Below are positions 13,054 to 27,225 of a stretch of 64,000 nt of DNA, piece after piece (position 1 is the stretch's first letter; each line of letters begins with the position of its first letter). The position numbers and the translations under genes were made by a program. The DNA comes from Malacoraja senta (Eukaryota): the NCBI GenBank assembly GCA_038087875.1, contig CM075989.1, positions 15,872,001 to 15,936,000 on the forward strand, in the 5' to 3' direction. Under the pieces are notes generated by a model. The model saw only the letters and a program-made list of their open reading frames with translations, was not told where the DNA came from and did not search any database.

Positions 13054-13706
13054 CTATGTCAAAAGTAATCTCACAAGAGATTTTTAGAACATTTTGATAC
13101 TGATCCACGTTGAGAGGTGTGGGCTCAGATAAGCAAAAGTCTGGTTGAAGAGATTTTATTTTAGGACCATCTTGAAAAAAGGAGAAAGTAGAAATATTTA
13201 GGCAGGAATAAACAGAGCTTAGTGTCGACATAGCTGAAGGCAATCCATGATGTGAAACAGGCCAGAACTGAAGAATGTGTCGTTGAGGATTGGACAAAGT
13301 AACAGTGATGAGGCAATGGAGAGGTTTGAGCACAAGAATGATAATTTGGCGTAAAGTATAGACATTTCCTCTCTTGTACAACTTACATACAAATGAGAAA
13401 GCATTTCACAGCAGAAAACATGCATCCAAGAAAATGCATGGTGACTGAGCAAACTGGAATTGCAAAACACACATAAACCGGAAATACCTCTGAAAAATTA
13501 CAACAATGTGTTGTTTATGCCAATATTATTTATTTCATGATATAAAAGCACATTCTGTAATATGGCTTGCATTTGAGGTCATGACAATTATTCCATTCTT
13601 TTTATGTTACTCTAAAAGGTAAGGATGTCCCCAACTTTGTGTTCTAGTTCAGAATCTATTCCTGAGATAAAGATCTCATATAACAAGATAATGACCATAA
13701 ACTAAA

Positions 13707-13901
13707 TCATCACTTACCAGGCTTTGCCCACTCTCACCTCTTTTACAGCATTCTCCCCCCCAAAACCTGAAGAAGGATCCTGACCCAAAATGTTGTCTAT
13801 CCATATTCTTCAGAGATGCTACTTGACCAGCTGAAATACTCCAGAAAATTGTTTTCTATGCAAGAATTTGCAGTTACTAGCATTTGCAGTTCTTTGTGTC
13901 T
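13707..13901 (+). mobile_element. Degenerate Penelope-derived insert
   Basis: Same 3' repeat with a decayed hammerhead core; TSD CCATAAACTAAA (13695-13706 / 13902-13913). Confidence 0.65.
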
Positions 13902-14188
13902 CCATAAACTAAACTACACTGTGTACAGGAAGGAAAATAGTGTAGCAAATTCAACTGTTAAATGATAGTGGCATGATTTAGAATAATGAGTAGTATTTTA
14001 ACTATAACATTCTTCTTGGTTATTAAATGTAATATGTTTTCATCAAGAAATTCAGTATCAAATGAACTCAACTGTGGAAACAGTCCAGTCGTCTGTATAA
14101 AACTTTGGTCCATGTACTTGTACCCTTACATTGGTATTATAATCCATCCACAAGTTTAATTCTGAAACATAGAATAGAGAGATCTAAG

Positions 14189-14373
14189 ACAAGACACAAA
14201 AAGCTGGAGTAACTCATCGCTGGAGAAAAGGAATAGGTGACATTTCAGGTCGAGACCCTTCTTCAGGCCCGAAACATCACCCATTCCTTTTCTCCAGAGA
14301 TGCTGCCTGACCCACTGATTTACTCCATTGTCTGTCTTCGGTTTAAACCAGCATCTGCAGTTCCTCCCTACAC
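14189..14373. mobile_element. Penelope-derived fold-back insert
   Basis: Inverted arms; TSD AATAGA(G/A)AGATCTAAG (14173-14188 / 14374-14389). Confidence 0.75.
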
Positions 14374-16446
14374 AATAGAAAGATCTAAGTGTTTTAATTC
14401 ATTTGAGAACATTTGCTCTATTTAAGTACCCAAAGAACGTCCTGTACATCCTGCGATGGCTGAGGATGGATCAATATTTATTTTAAATAGAGTTGCTCAA
14501 CTCTTTTTTCTCTCCCAATATTCAGTAAAGTTTAAATTGATTTACTATGCAGCACGATAGCTGGAGAATTAGCCTCAGCAATTCTCACGGATGTTTTTAC
14601 ATTTTCAGCCTCACACATGTTTTGGTACCGGAAAAGTTTTCACATCCCAAATAATGGTTTCCCACATGAGGAATAACTTTAGGTGAACGGAGGATTGAAT
14701 GAATGGGAATTTCTTGCGTTTTAATTGATTTAGTAGCTGGTTGCAACTTCATTCCATAAAAAAATAATTCCTTTCTCATATGTGGCTTCCTGCTTTGAGA
14801 GTTCTCGACTCCCATGCTCAGAGAGGCAGACATCAAATACTCAACTATTTTTGAAGCATTAGCAGCTGTTTGGCTCCTAGTGTCTTCCAACTCATGGAAT
14901 GACACAGTTTTGTAAATATTCCATAGCCTCATGCACACTGGGCACCTGTGCCTAAGACAATGCAGGAAATTTCATATCCTGTTCCAACTTAAGAACTTCA
15001 TTTCCGGTTCTTTGGAACATTCAGAGCTGACAATTATCATCGTAATGGAAGAGATATGGGCCTGGGGAACACAAGTGTACTTTGAGATGCATTCAGTTTT
15101 ACAATAAAAATGTTGCACAGATTTAATAATAGAAATTCCAAACAGTTATACTACGGCCATTTATCAATTGTTATTAACATTTGCGATATAATAATAATCC
15201 TTCCATGCTTGACTCCAAATACAATCATTAGCTTATAACATATGTGCCATGAAACTATATACGCACCATATTATGAGGATCCTGAACAGATACCAAACTG
15301 GAATTCCTACTGAAATAGGAGAATCTCCATGTTATAGTGGCTGCAATAAAGCCACGGTCACAAGGCTAATTAAATGCAGTTTTGCATCTTGCATCGTACT
15401 TTCTTTTATCGCCGAAAAGGTCATGCAAGGATTGAATTTCAAAATCATTACTTTAATACCCCTGATCGATTTTAATGTGTTCATAGGCAAGGAACTTCAT
15501 TGATGTGTCCATACAGCAAAACAATGTTCACCCCAGGAAATTGGCTCCTACTGAGGTCAACCGCAGAAACAGCTCACCATTGGTATCTGTTATCTCCTGA
15601 TGAGGTGCAGATACACGAATGCTTGGAGAAATCAAATAACTGACAGGAGTCTTTAATTCTGACAGGAAAAAAGGAGGGTGCAATTACTTTTGCAAATTTG
15701 TGATTTTTACCTCGTATTACTAAATAATGTTATGTGATTCAAATGGATGAGCTCCAGTCCAGTTATGTCATAGGCAGACACAAAGAACTGCAGATGTTTT
15801 ATACAAAAAAAGACACCAAGTGCTGGATTAATTCAGCGGATCAGGCTGCACCTTTGGAAAACATGGATAAGGTCCTGAACCGTAAACATCGCCTATCCAT
15901 GTTCTCCAGAGAAGCTACTAGGTCCACTGAGTTACTCCAGCACTTTGTGCCATTTTTACGGGTAACTATGTATTAATGAAGAAAAAACCCATCAGGAATT
16001 AGTTGTTCATGCAACCTTTAAACTAAGGAGAGATGTATGAAGGGATCATAGAGAGGAAATAAACAACTTGGAAATTGAGCTGCAAATATAAATAGATAAA
16101 TCGCAATAAAACCAATTTTCTCTCCCTCATCCACAGATTCTTCTGCAGACTGCCTTTTGGTCAGGTAAGCATGATGCATTCTCAGAATTAATATTATTTC
16201 AAATCAAGTAAGATTAAATGGAAGCATGACTGAAGTGAATGAATAGCAGGACATCAAATGCATTTTGCATAATGAAGACTTTATTTTGCAGTCAGATTAA
16301 TAACTTAGACTAACGGTGCAAAAAGAGGAAACAAATCAAAAACATGAGCCCCACCTGACCTGTATAGGAATAGTTACAGTGCCTTATACAATCCCTGTTA
16401 ATGCACTTCCAAATGTAAACTACCTGTTATTCCCATTACCCTTGAT

Positions 16447-16800
16447 CAGGGGTGGGGAACCTTTTCATGGTGGAATGCCGCATTAAGTTAGCTGTAATCT
16501 AATAAGGCCGCATCCAAGAAACATCAATTAGATATACTTCAAAATGTACATTATTTGGTTAAAATAGCCCTCATGACTTACTAATGTTTTAATTGTGGCC
16601 GTCAGTCGGAGAGGATTATTTCGTTGAATCTTCTTTTACTCTTTAGTATTTTAAATACGTTCATTTTAAGATTAATATAAAAATAACAAAAGACAAACAA
16701 AAACATACTAATAAAAATAAAAGGATTTGTTCTACAAAATTTGGATTCGTTCAAAAGACCACACTTAATGGCCTAGAAGGCCGCAGGTTCCCCACCCCTG
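16447..16800. mobile_element. Non-autonomous hAT (Charlie-like) DNA transposon (duplicate at 45862-46215)
   Basis: 16-bp TIRs CAGGGGTGGGGAACCT / AGGTTCCCCACCCCTG, degenerate 8-bp TSD CCCTTGAT / CCCAAGAT, and subterminal GGCCGCA motifs. Confidence 0.85.
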
Positions 16801-18558
16801 CCCAAGATCATTTCCCGCCATACTTCCTGTGTTAGAAAGATGTCTATTTGAAGAAAGCAATGTGAACGAATCCATTTGAGCTGATAGTTTGCCTTATTGA
16901 TTTCTGATTCTCGAATTGGTTGCAATCCAATTTTACAGTTAACAAAATGTTCTTACCATCAACAACATTCACTAACTGTTTTTACTTGTTTATCTAATAT
17001 ATAAATTTTCCCTTCCAGTCAAAATCCTTTACGTTCAAATATATATGTTACTTGAGGTATTATGACCATAAGTGGAGACAGATTTTTAATATTGCAGACA
17101 AGGAACTGCACATGCTGGAATCCTGAGCAAAACACAAAGTGACTGGAGGAACTCAGTGAGTCAGGCAGCATCTCTGGAGGTATTGTCCTTTCCTTCCACA
17201 GATTCAGCCTGCCCCGCCAATTTCCTCCAGCAATTTGTGTTATTGCAGATGGACTGCACACGTTAGGTGGATCTGGTTTTGATGGAGAAGCTGTAGTCCA
17301 GCATTGTCACCTCTGATTCACTGTTCTCTAATTATTTAAACACACCATGTCAAGATCTTTTAACATTTATCTGTGAGATTTCTAGGTGAAAATAACAAAC
17401 TATGACACAAATGTTTTAACTTATTAAATCTAAGATGGGTCTGCAAAATAGTTTAATATTTTAAACTCTTATTCTAAGTTTTAACGGTTAGTTTTATATC
17501 CATTATGGTTACACTACTGACACAAAGAGACTGGGCTAAGACTACTTCCTCCAATGGGCAATGCTAAAAAAGTATTATTTGAATATGCCACATGGGCCAA
17601 TGAGCTGGAGTTGGTGCAGGCCGTAAGACTATACGAGTTAGAGCAAACAGTTTATTCCACAATTAATGAAGTCAATTTAGTTTGAAGGCATACAATTTAA
17701 AGAGTGTAGGAAATAGAAATGATTGCAACCTCTCCCCAGAAAGCTGGAAAATACAGTGAGTGAAGAATTGTTAGCCACAAACCAAATGTACAAAATCAAT
17801 CACAGTCACTTACAGTATGTTCACTGAGTTTGACCTAAGGAAGAATTAACCATCATGTTAATGACCCTTGGCATAGTCACTAATCTAGTACCAAGACATT
17901 TTACTCAGAAGCCCCCTTTCGGAGATGGAATGAATGGTGTTAAAACGGCACCATTACTATCACCACATTAACATCACTTTCAAACTATCCAATAGTTAGT
18001 TTCTTTGATTGCGTTAGTAGAGGAAGAGGGACTCTGTGGCAGTCTGATGGTGACAGGGATATCTCCTGCTGCCTTTAAGTTTACTATCATAACATCTATG
18101 AAACATTTGGACAGGTACATGGATAGGATCGGTTGAGAGGGTTATGGGTCAAGCATGGACAGGTGGGACTAGTGTAGATGGGGCCTGTTGGTTGGCGAGG
18201 GCATGTTGGGCCGAAGGGTCAGTTTCCACACTGTATGATTCTATATCTATATCTATTCTATGACTACTCTCTGCAGACCATTCAAACTCTGGCAACTGAC
18301 CCCTACATTGCCCATTGGGCAGTACACATCCCACCACACCAGGAGATGCTCTCTGGCTGATTATGACTGAGAGAGCCACAAGTGTCATACATAAGTTTTG
18401 GTTTGGGCAAATAGTGATCACCCTCATGGCCTAATGATGGTCTGGATAGCAACTGATATGGTGGTGAAACCATGATCTAGAACATACATGAGGGGTGGAG
18501 GGTGGGAGGGTGGGATTGATGCTGGACATATAGTCAGCAGGAACAGGCACAACTATAA

Positions 18559-18963
18559 TGATCGTTTCGCTGAACACCTCCGCTCGGTCAGCATTAACCA
18601 ACCTGATCTCCCTTTGGCTCAGCACTTCAACTCCCCCTCCCATTCCGAATCCGACCTTTCTGTCCTGGGCCTCCTCCATTGCCAGAGTGAGCACCACCGG
18701 AAACTGGAGGAGCAGCACCTCATATTCCACTTGGGCAGTCTGCATCCCAGTGGTCTGAACATTGACCTCCAATTTCCGGTAGCCCTTGCTGTCTCCTCCC
18801 CTTCCCTCAGCCCTCTGGCTCCTCCTCTTCCTTTCTTCTTCCTGACCCCCCCCTCCCCCCACCCTGCATCAGTCTGAAGAAGGGTTTCGGCCCGAAACGT
18901 TGCCTATTTCATTCGCTCCAGAGATGCTGCCGTACCCGCTGAGTTTCTCCAGCTATTTTGTCT
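18559..18963 (+). mobile_element. 5'-truncated Penelope-like retroelement (GIY-YIG endonuclease C-terminus + 3' repeat with hammerhead core)
   Basis: Encodes RFAEHLRSV...LAQHFNSPSH...RKLEEQHLIFHLGSLHPSGLN, typical of the PLE GIY-YIG domain end. Perfect 14-bp TSD AGGCACAACTATAA (18545-18558 / 18964-18977). Confidence 0.88.
18874..18901 (+). ncRNA. Minimal hammerhead ribozyme core in the Penelope 3' repeat
   Basis: CTGAAGA-A-[GGGT TTCG GCCC]-GAAAC-GTT, with palindromic ACGT in place of helix III; stem I pairing is weak. Confidence 0.6.
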
Positions 18964-19029
18964 AGGCACAACTATAACACTTGTATGAATTAGCTCCGTA
19001 CAGCCTGAGTAGATCTGTATAGGGACAAC

Positions 19030-19293
19030 TTAGTTTAGTTTGCTTTAGAGATACAACGTGGAAACAGGTCCTTTGGCTCACTGAGTTCACACCGACAACC
19101 GATCACCCATACACTAGTTCCATGTCCTACAGACTAGGACCAATGTACAGCAGTCAATTAGCCTACAAACTTGTACATCTTCGGAATGTGGGAGAAAGCC
19201 AGAACACCTGTAAAAACCCACGTGGTCACAGGGAGAACTCCTCACAGACAGCACCCGCAGTCAGGATCAAACCTGTGTTTCTGGCACTGTGAG
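19030..19293 (-). mobile_element. V-SINE (HE1-like)
   Basis: Reverse complement of the same family; boundaries approximate. Confidence 0.7.
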
Positions 19294-21686
19294 GATCTAG
19301 TCCGAGCCAATTACTAATCTAATTAACACTTCCTTTTAATTTCATTAACCTTTAACTGCACTAAAACATTTTCACATACCTCCTTTATAAAACATTTTAA
19401 AAACTTAAATGTATATGTTTTAATATTTACTGGAAAACATATTTATTAATATATATCATATTTACATGTTTCCTTGTGGTAAACATTGAATTGGATACAA
19501 TGTTTAACAACAGCAAATACTTGAACATGCATTTACCATGTTGTGACAGAGCATCCAGAGTCAATCTTTTCCCCTGGTTTGAATGATCCCAGAAGGGTTT
19601 TTTTCTGCACAAACCAATTTGCACAATTTGGAAAGGTTATAACACCTAATAATCACCTGCCCCACTGTTTGTAAATGGTATGTTGCGGCAAGTATTATTG
19701 AAGGAGAGTATCCCTAACAAAGTGATAATACTGCAAGTAGGGACAGTGTTAGAGTGGAACGCCCAGTAAAATGGTGTGATTGCTCCCTTTACAAGACTCT
19801 TAAAAACAGGGTTGTGAACTAGCCATGAGTCATACTAGGTAATAGTGACTGCTGGAAAATATTATCTTTTAATACTATTGTGAATGATGAGGTATTCCTG
19901 ATGAGTTTTTATAGTTTCAATGAGTCACAGATGTGTTTTTTCTCTCTTTTCTTTGTTGTCGCACAAAACGGTACTATTACCATCACAAACCATCAGCAGG
20001 AAGTTACAAAAAAGTGCTTCCAATCATCACTAATAACAGGGACACACCCCTTCTAACCATTGCACCAAGAATTATTTCTATACACTCTGCTAGCTTTGGA
20101 AATCTTGTTTAGCATTTCTACTATTCGATATATTAATAGATTTCCCCAGTATTAATGCTGAGCTTGTGAATTTTAAATCAATTCCTTACATCAATTCATT
20201 TGATGAATAAAGTTTTTACTCATCAAATGTTAACCAAATTCAATGGACATCTTTATCTGGATTCAAAGGAAGTTTTATTATTATTTAATTATGTTTATTT
20301 TTGCAATCATCTTAAAGTATTAGTGCACTGTATGGAAATATAACACTTCATATTTATATATACTTTCACTGTAGTTAACATTCTATGTTTGGGTGGACTA
20401 AGGAAGTCCAAAAACCAGGAAAGTATTTATAGGACAGTAAATGGTCTGAGGAAATCAGCAAGCAGTTTTATTCAACAAGTCAGAAACTGAAATTGGTTTA
20501 TTCTACTATCTATATTTGCCAAAAACTAACTTTATAAAGAATATAAAGCTGTTGTGCTGTTCCTAAGGGCAACCAATATAAAATATTAATCACTTCTGCA
20601 AACTCCAGTCTCACTGTGACCCATAAAATGCACAAAGTCCCATTAAGGCCATTTACCCTGTTTTTTCTCTTATAAGTTTTAAACTGCAAATTAGATTGAA
20701 GGTCAAATCTAATTATAAACCTTTACATTATAAATGCACTCCAGCTGTCATTATCCTAAATATCTTTTTCGTCTGATGCAAATTGTAAAGTTGCCATTCT
20801 GAATAAAACTTAGTCTAAATAGTTGAACATTGTTGATGCAATCCTGCACACCGAGTAACCCATTAGATATCAGCATGATAAACATAAAAGTCTGTCCCAA
20901 TTCCTTTCCCAGTGACACCATGAATACCATTCTTAGATTGATCTACCAGGAGGCAGCCTTGAGGGAGGTGGCTTGCCTCATGGAGTGAGGAAAAGGATGG
21001 GACAAGACGTATGCCATTCCCTTCCTCCCAACGTCTTGGATGAGAATTGCAGGAACTCAAGCAAACAAAAGAAAAACAAATGGAGAAGGTTTTGGTGGAT
21101 TGGTTACTACACTGGGAGCTCTCAGCCAACAATCCAATATACTTTGGCATAGAGATCAAATGTTTAATAGAGATCAAATGATTACATCTATTCCCCGTGA
21201 AACACTGTTAAAACACTATGTTTACACACATGATCATAAATGCTTGCATGCATTTTCTACACTAATTCCCACTCAATGTTCTGGCAGAGTATTCAACGCC
21301 AGACTGTTTACTCGTAAAATGTCTTCAATTTTGCGAATATTTTCCAAGGAACCAATACACTCCGTGCTGGATTGAGAACAGGTATGATGAGGACTATAAA
21401 TTCTGTGTTACCAGCCACTGCTGTTCTATAATCTACCAACAAGATGTTGTTAGATTACAGAGCAGCAGGGAGTATGGAGTAGGGAGAGTCAGGGAAACAA
21501 CTATATCCTGAAGACCGTCTCTACTTGGTAGTGAATTAAACATCTTTAAATGACCACTTCTTCAGCTAATCTCTGGAAGCTGGTAAATTAGACGCTGCTA
21601 AAGAGTGCAGCTTATTTGTAGTTGTTTTATTTTCAAATATTGATATGCTTTATTGTTCTACTTTGCAAAAAAACCAAAACTACTTT

Positions 21687-21985
21687 GGCACAGTGGTCGA
21701 GTTGTTGCCTTACAGTGCCAGAGACCCGGGTTCGATCCTGACTAAGGGTGCTGTCTGTAGTGTTTGTGCATTCTCCCTGTGACCGCAGGGGTTTCCTCCG
21801 GGTGCTCCAATTTCCTCCCACACTCTAAAGACGTGCAGGTTTGTTGCCTAAATGGCTTCGGTAAAAATTGCAAATTGTCCCTAGTGTGTACGATAGAGCT
21901 AGTGTTCGAGGTGATCGCTGGTCGGCGCAGACTTGGTGGGCCGAAGGGCCTGTTTCCGCGCTGTATCTTTAAAGTCTAAAGTCTA
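21687..21985 (+). mobile_element. tRNA-derived V-SINE (HE1-like) (duplicate at 51101-51399)
   Basis: B-box GGTTCGATCC, V-domain GGTTTCCTCCGGGTGCTCC..TTTCCTCCCAC, CR1-like tail GGGCCGAAGGGCCTGTTTCC, (TAAAGTC)n end, and TSD AAAACTACTTT (21676-21686 / 21986-21996). Confidence 0.85.
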
Positions 21986-24900
21986 AAAACTACTTTTGGA
22001 GTTCTTGTATTTTAGTCATTTAAGAGAGACCTTCTGATGATTAGCCTGAGCAAAGACTAGCTTCAAACAATGTAGGCAAGGGCTTCATTTCTACTAATCA
22101 GGCCCAGCATGCACTATAAGCATTAGGAATGTAGAAGCAGTTCTTGGTGAGAATGCTCTGTGGGAGGGCTGTCTCACATTGATAGGATGGGAGGAGAGAA
22201 CACTGGCTATCTTTTACCATCTCCCATCAATCTGTTATGAAACTGGGAATGTAACTTGACATTTTGTTATGGAACAAAATACTTGCACCAAATGTTTGCA
22301 CTCTTGTGACTCTTCAATTGGTCACGAAATTTACATATGGCAACAGAGCAAGCTTGGGGCACCAAAATGTTTATTTTCCTTCTCTGACAGCTTATCTGTG
22401 GGGCACTTCTCCATCCCAAATGTTTGCTGACTTCCAGAACTTGGGAATCTTTGCCACAATAACATACAAAATTATAACTAACTACATTGGAAGTAACATT
22501 TTACATCGCTTGATTTTAAGTTTCTGATACCTTGATATTCGACTACATTTTAACTTAGTAGTTTGAACAAAATAAGGGCATTGTATCATCATTCTGACAA
22601 TTCCTAAGCTGATTTTAAATGATTCCAGGAGAAAACAAAGTACCTGTTACCCTGACTCTCATTTCTCAATATATAATTCCGTCAAGTAGATTTCATGCCT
22701 TTTCATTTTTGTTGATCAAGTAAAATGCTCTGTATTGGAAAGTGTGTCAGTATGCAGTCACAACCATTTCAGTAAAAGCATGTGAAGCACTTTGCAATGC
22801 TAACAGCCAAAGCTGCTGCTTTACAATTATGAGTCTTCCATATGACAGCCTTGATCTAACGGTGGACAAACGCTTAAAACTTTGCAAGACGTTTTTCTCT
22901 CTGCTATCTTTTAAGATACATGTAAAGCTGATATCTTTAATAGAGCTTAATCCCCATTAAAATAACAACACACAGTTCCCTGATGTGTGGCTGTAAATAT
23001 GTGGTTCTCATAGGAAGAGCTACCCATATAAAATGGTGTATAAGCAATACATATTACACATGGTTCTAACATTTTTTTCTACGAACATATTCATTAAAAT
23101 ACTGGAGAAAATGTTAGTAACAGCACTATGTTATGCATTTGTGTGTTCCTATATATATAAGTGCTTTTGTTTGAGTGTGTGTAGGTATACATTACTATCT
23201 ATATACATATCTATATTGCAATATTCAGGAATTTTGCTGTTCCATTCCTGAAAGGAAAATCATGTTATCAAGAGAACGTCCCCTCATCAAACAGAGGAGA
23301 TAACAGGAATGTCACCTTCATTTGCAACAGCTCCATTTGGCCCAATCCCCCTCCTTGGCAATGATGAATCACCAGCAGTCTCCCCACCTTCGCCCGTTTG
23401 ATCTCAGCTCAGCAAGACTTAGTTTTGATCTGAAGAGCTGCAGATCACATGGGTCAGAGACAAATAGCAGACCCACTGACCTGCACAGTGGTAGAAGATA
23501 TAATTTAGGCCAAAGCGATAAATATACTTCTTGAACTTTCTCTGCCCATAATCTCTCGATACATTTATGTTGTATGCTTCTCATTGCTCTACACTTTACT
23601 GAATTCATACAACTTTTAACTTTACAATTTTACATTGTTTTACAACTTTACAAGTTTAAGGCAGAGATAGATAGATTCTTGATTAGTACAGGTGTCAGAG
23701 GTTATGAGGAGAAGGCAGGAGAATGGGATTAGGACGGAGAGATAGATCAGCCATGAGTAGACTTGATGGGCTGAATGGCCTAATGCTACTCCTATTCCTT
23801 ATGACCTTATGAACTGACACGTGACATTCATTTAGGTGTTGTATTTCCTGTGAATATTTCTTGCTGATAAAAGTACTGCGTACATACTTTTGTCATTTAC
23901 AAATGTTTTGCTAAAAGATTGATTTTTGCGTAATTAATTAAAATAAACACCTCGACTTAAATGGAATAAAAGTGATGATAGTTATAGTGTAAGTACCAGA
24001 TACAAGAGGGCACTGGAATGCTGTTGACTTCATCTGTGCTTTAAAAAAAAGGAAAAGAAAAAATCCTGACAGCTCAAAGTGATTAACCTTTACATGAAGC
24101 GAGGCATGACATTTTAGCTAAAAATTTCAAACAAAACGCCCGCAGTTATGAGATAAAGGTGTGAAGTTACAAACACCAGCTCCAGCATCAACCTGAAGCT
24201 TTCCACAATGAATGGTCCTTTCTTCTCCTGCTCAGGACATCTATCTCTTTCCCCCGCTTGAATCCTTTCACAAATTTGATATAATGATAGCAAAATGTGG
24301 AGGAAAGCTCATTACTACTCAGGATTTACTGTATGCTCAATAGATTGAACTTTGTGACACGAAATCACTAAATGGCTGGAACCACCAGCAATGCTTTCAT
24401 TTGTGAAATGTATCACCCAGACAGTGCAAATACTTATCAACATGTGGAGGTGTGGAAGGCCATATTAATTACAACCAACACATGTAGCCTGATAACCAGC
24501 CGTCCTTTAAAGAAGCTTCAATGAACACATACTGGAGAAAGTTAATTCCCTGCAACCCTTTGGTCTTCCCTGGAATACAATATCACATCAATTCTATCCA
24601 TTTAGTGAGGTTTAAACTCTCTAGAGAGGTAAATGAAGTTTAATGTTGTTGTTATTCCAGGTTCGCTGCATCCACTCCCCCTGAGAACTGCCTGGGCAAA
24701 CAGCTGGGAGACACAACTACAAAGACCCCTACTCACACAAGCCACTTTGTGTGGAAAGGAATAGGTCATTACTCAGGAATAAGTTATCAAGGAGTTGTTT
24801 GTCTAATGAGACATTCATGCCTAAGTAGAAAAGAAACATTTACTCAAAGAAAACATGCCTGAAAATTAGCTCCAATTTGTACATGGTCAGAGTGTGAGCC

Positions 24901-27225
24901 CATTACATGGCAAGTGTCAGATTTCCACCAAAGCAATTTACTGCTAAAAACACTTGATCTGTGACCATTATCCAATTCTGAAATGTATCGCACTTCCTGC
25001 TGGAACTATAACAAGTAAAACACGTGAGGGGTTTCAACTATTACTCAATCTATAAAAAAACATCTATTTTCATCGAGTTTATTAACAAATGTGAACATTT
25101 GCTGACTGTTGAACGATTTTACGTGAAAATATAACAATGCTCTGTAACAGATTATTGTGTGCCTTGAAAATAATTTCACGATGTTTTTTTTAAATCACTT
25201 TCGCCAGCTGGAAGGAAGTGCAGAATAAGGCTTGTTCCACAACTTTTAATTTGCCAACAGGGATGCAATTGGCAAGAGGGCTGTGCCAGCTTGGAGCTCC
25301 ATAGCATTCGAGTGTTGTGTCAGGACAATCAGTTCAGTAATAAATTTAATCTACTGCAGGTGGACACAAATGGCTGGCAGAGTTGAGATTTAGTTACCTA
25401 GTCCTTTTATTCTACCATTCTTCCTCCGTTCCAAACTAAAATAGTGCCAGTAGAATGAAGAAGTAAGTAAGGGTGATATGTCAGATTGAGTGCCATTAGA
25501 AAATAATCATTACATGTACTTTATGTGATTATCCTGCTTAAGTCATTAAGAAATTTGTCAGACTATCTATTTTGTTGTGGAAGCTTTCCTTTCGTTGCTA
25601 CCCACTGTGACAGCTTCATCACCAAATAAATGGTAACATCAATTCCTTATGCAGTATTTTTGGTGATTGGTTAATACTAATTTAAATAGGTTAATAGTTT
25701 TGTTAAAGGATTACACACAGAAACATGATGAGAATTGATTGTCCATTAACAGTAGGGTATAACCCCTTTTTAAAGCAAGAAGAGCAATGATTTACACGGT
25801 AGTATGTCTCAAGGTCAGAACAGATTTTGAGGCTGAGACATCATTAAGAAAGCTCTCAGGTTATGATAGAACAGTTTATGCCAACGTTTCAGCTCCTCAG
25901 TAAGCTGCCATCTTGTAATGGATGTATCTAAGAAGACAAATGCAAAAGGCATTTGCCTTTGGTTGAGTGTGCCAACAATCCCTCAGAGTGTTTCATTTTG
26001 AAGGAAAGTGCAAAGAAGTGATGACAATTTATGGAATTTCATCCAATACTCTGAAAAATGAGATGACTCACATGTATTTAATTCCTGTGATTTTCTACTG
26101 GTTTGCTCAACTCTGATGTAACAGTCGCATGTGTAACACAGTCCTGGTGCAACAATGCCCAACTCCCACAGATCCTAAAACCTATATCTTTGCAATCCCA
26201 TGGATTACTCAGTCTAGTCTCACTCAACCTATAATTCCAGGGTGGCTTCATCTGGAAATTTTCTGCTTAAGAAATTTTATGACTTGTCCATATCATGACA
26301 TAACCTTGCAGTTTATTTCCAGAAAATTACGTCTCATCTTGATTTTCAGACAATGACCATTCCTGATATTACCCCAGTGAGTCTATGAATGTATCCAGTA
26401 AATTATGGATCAGCTCCTGGTCTGTGCCACATGAAATGCTAAAGAAGCTGATGCAATGAAATTGGTCCCAGGCTGGGAAGCAAAAATTAGCCAGCATTCC
26501 CACCACTAATCACTATTCATTGACTTCTGCTTGAAGTGTACATATGTGATGTCAAGTAAAAGACGAGATCAGGGTAACGTGTGATACCCCTGCGGTGAAT
26601 GGCTGACAAATCTCACACATGCAGTGAGGCTACTTGCTGGAGACAGCAGAGAACAGCTTTCCACCCACAGAATCAAGTTACACAGTTATTGAATAGAATT
26701 TAATCTTCATATGGGGCAGTTTTGAATCCTTTTGAAATGTAAAATAATCTAAAAATGCTCAATCTGTTTTCTAGTCACAGCTGCCAGAAGTGACACCCAC
26801 TTGTTCTTCGAAAGGGAGATGCATTGATCATTATAGAAAACAGAGCCAAATCTACCATGTATTTTATGTTCTGTGGAGCATGAAGATATTAAATAAGGAT
26901 AGATCCATTCCACCTGATATCATGAGGGGAATAGAATGCAGAGTCTTTTACCCAGGGTAGGGAAATCAAGAACCAGACGACATCGTTTAAGGTGAGAGAG
27001 GCAAAATTTAATAGGAACCTGAGCGGCAACTTTTTCACTCAGATTTTGGATGATCAGCCATGATCATATTGAATGGCGGTGCTGGCTCGAAGGGCCGAAT
27101 GGCCTAATCCTGCACATATTTTCTATGTTTCTGTGAGTTATTACAAGACTGTCTATGAACACATCCAAACTTATCCCTCCTTATATGTTCATGATTTTCA
27201 ATCACTGCAAAGACACAGACAGAAC

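Noticed and set aside
21687-21760. tRNA gene
   Set aside because: The B-box belongs to a SINE head followed by a V-domain and LINE tail; there is no cloverleaf.
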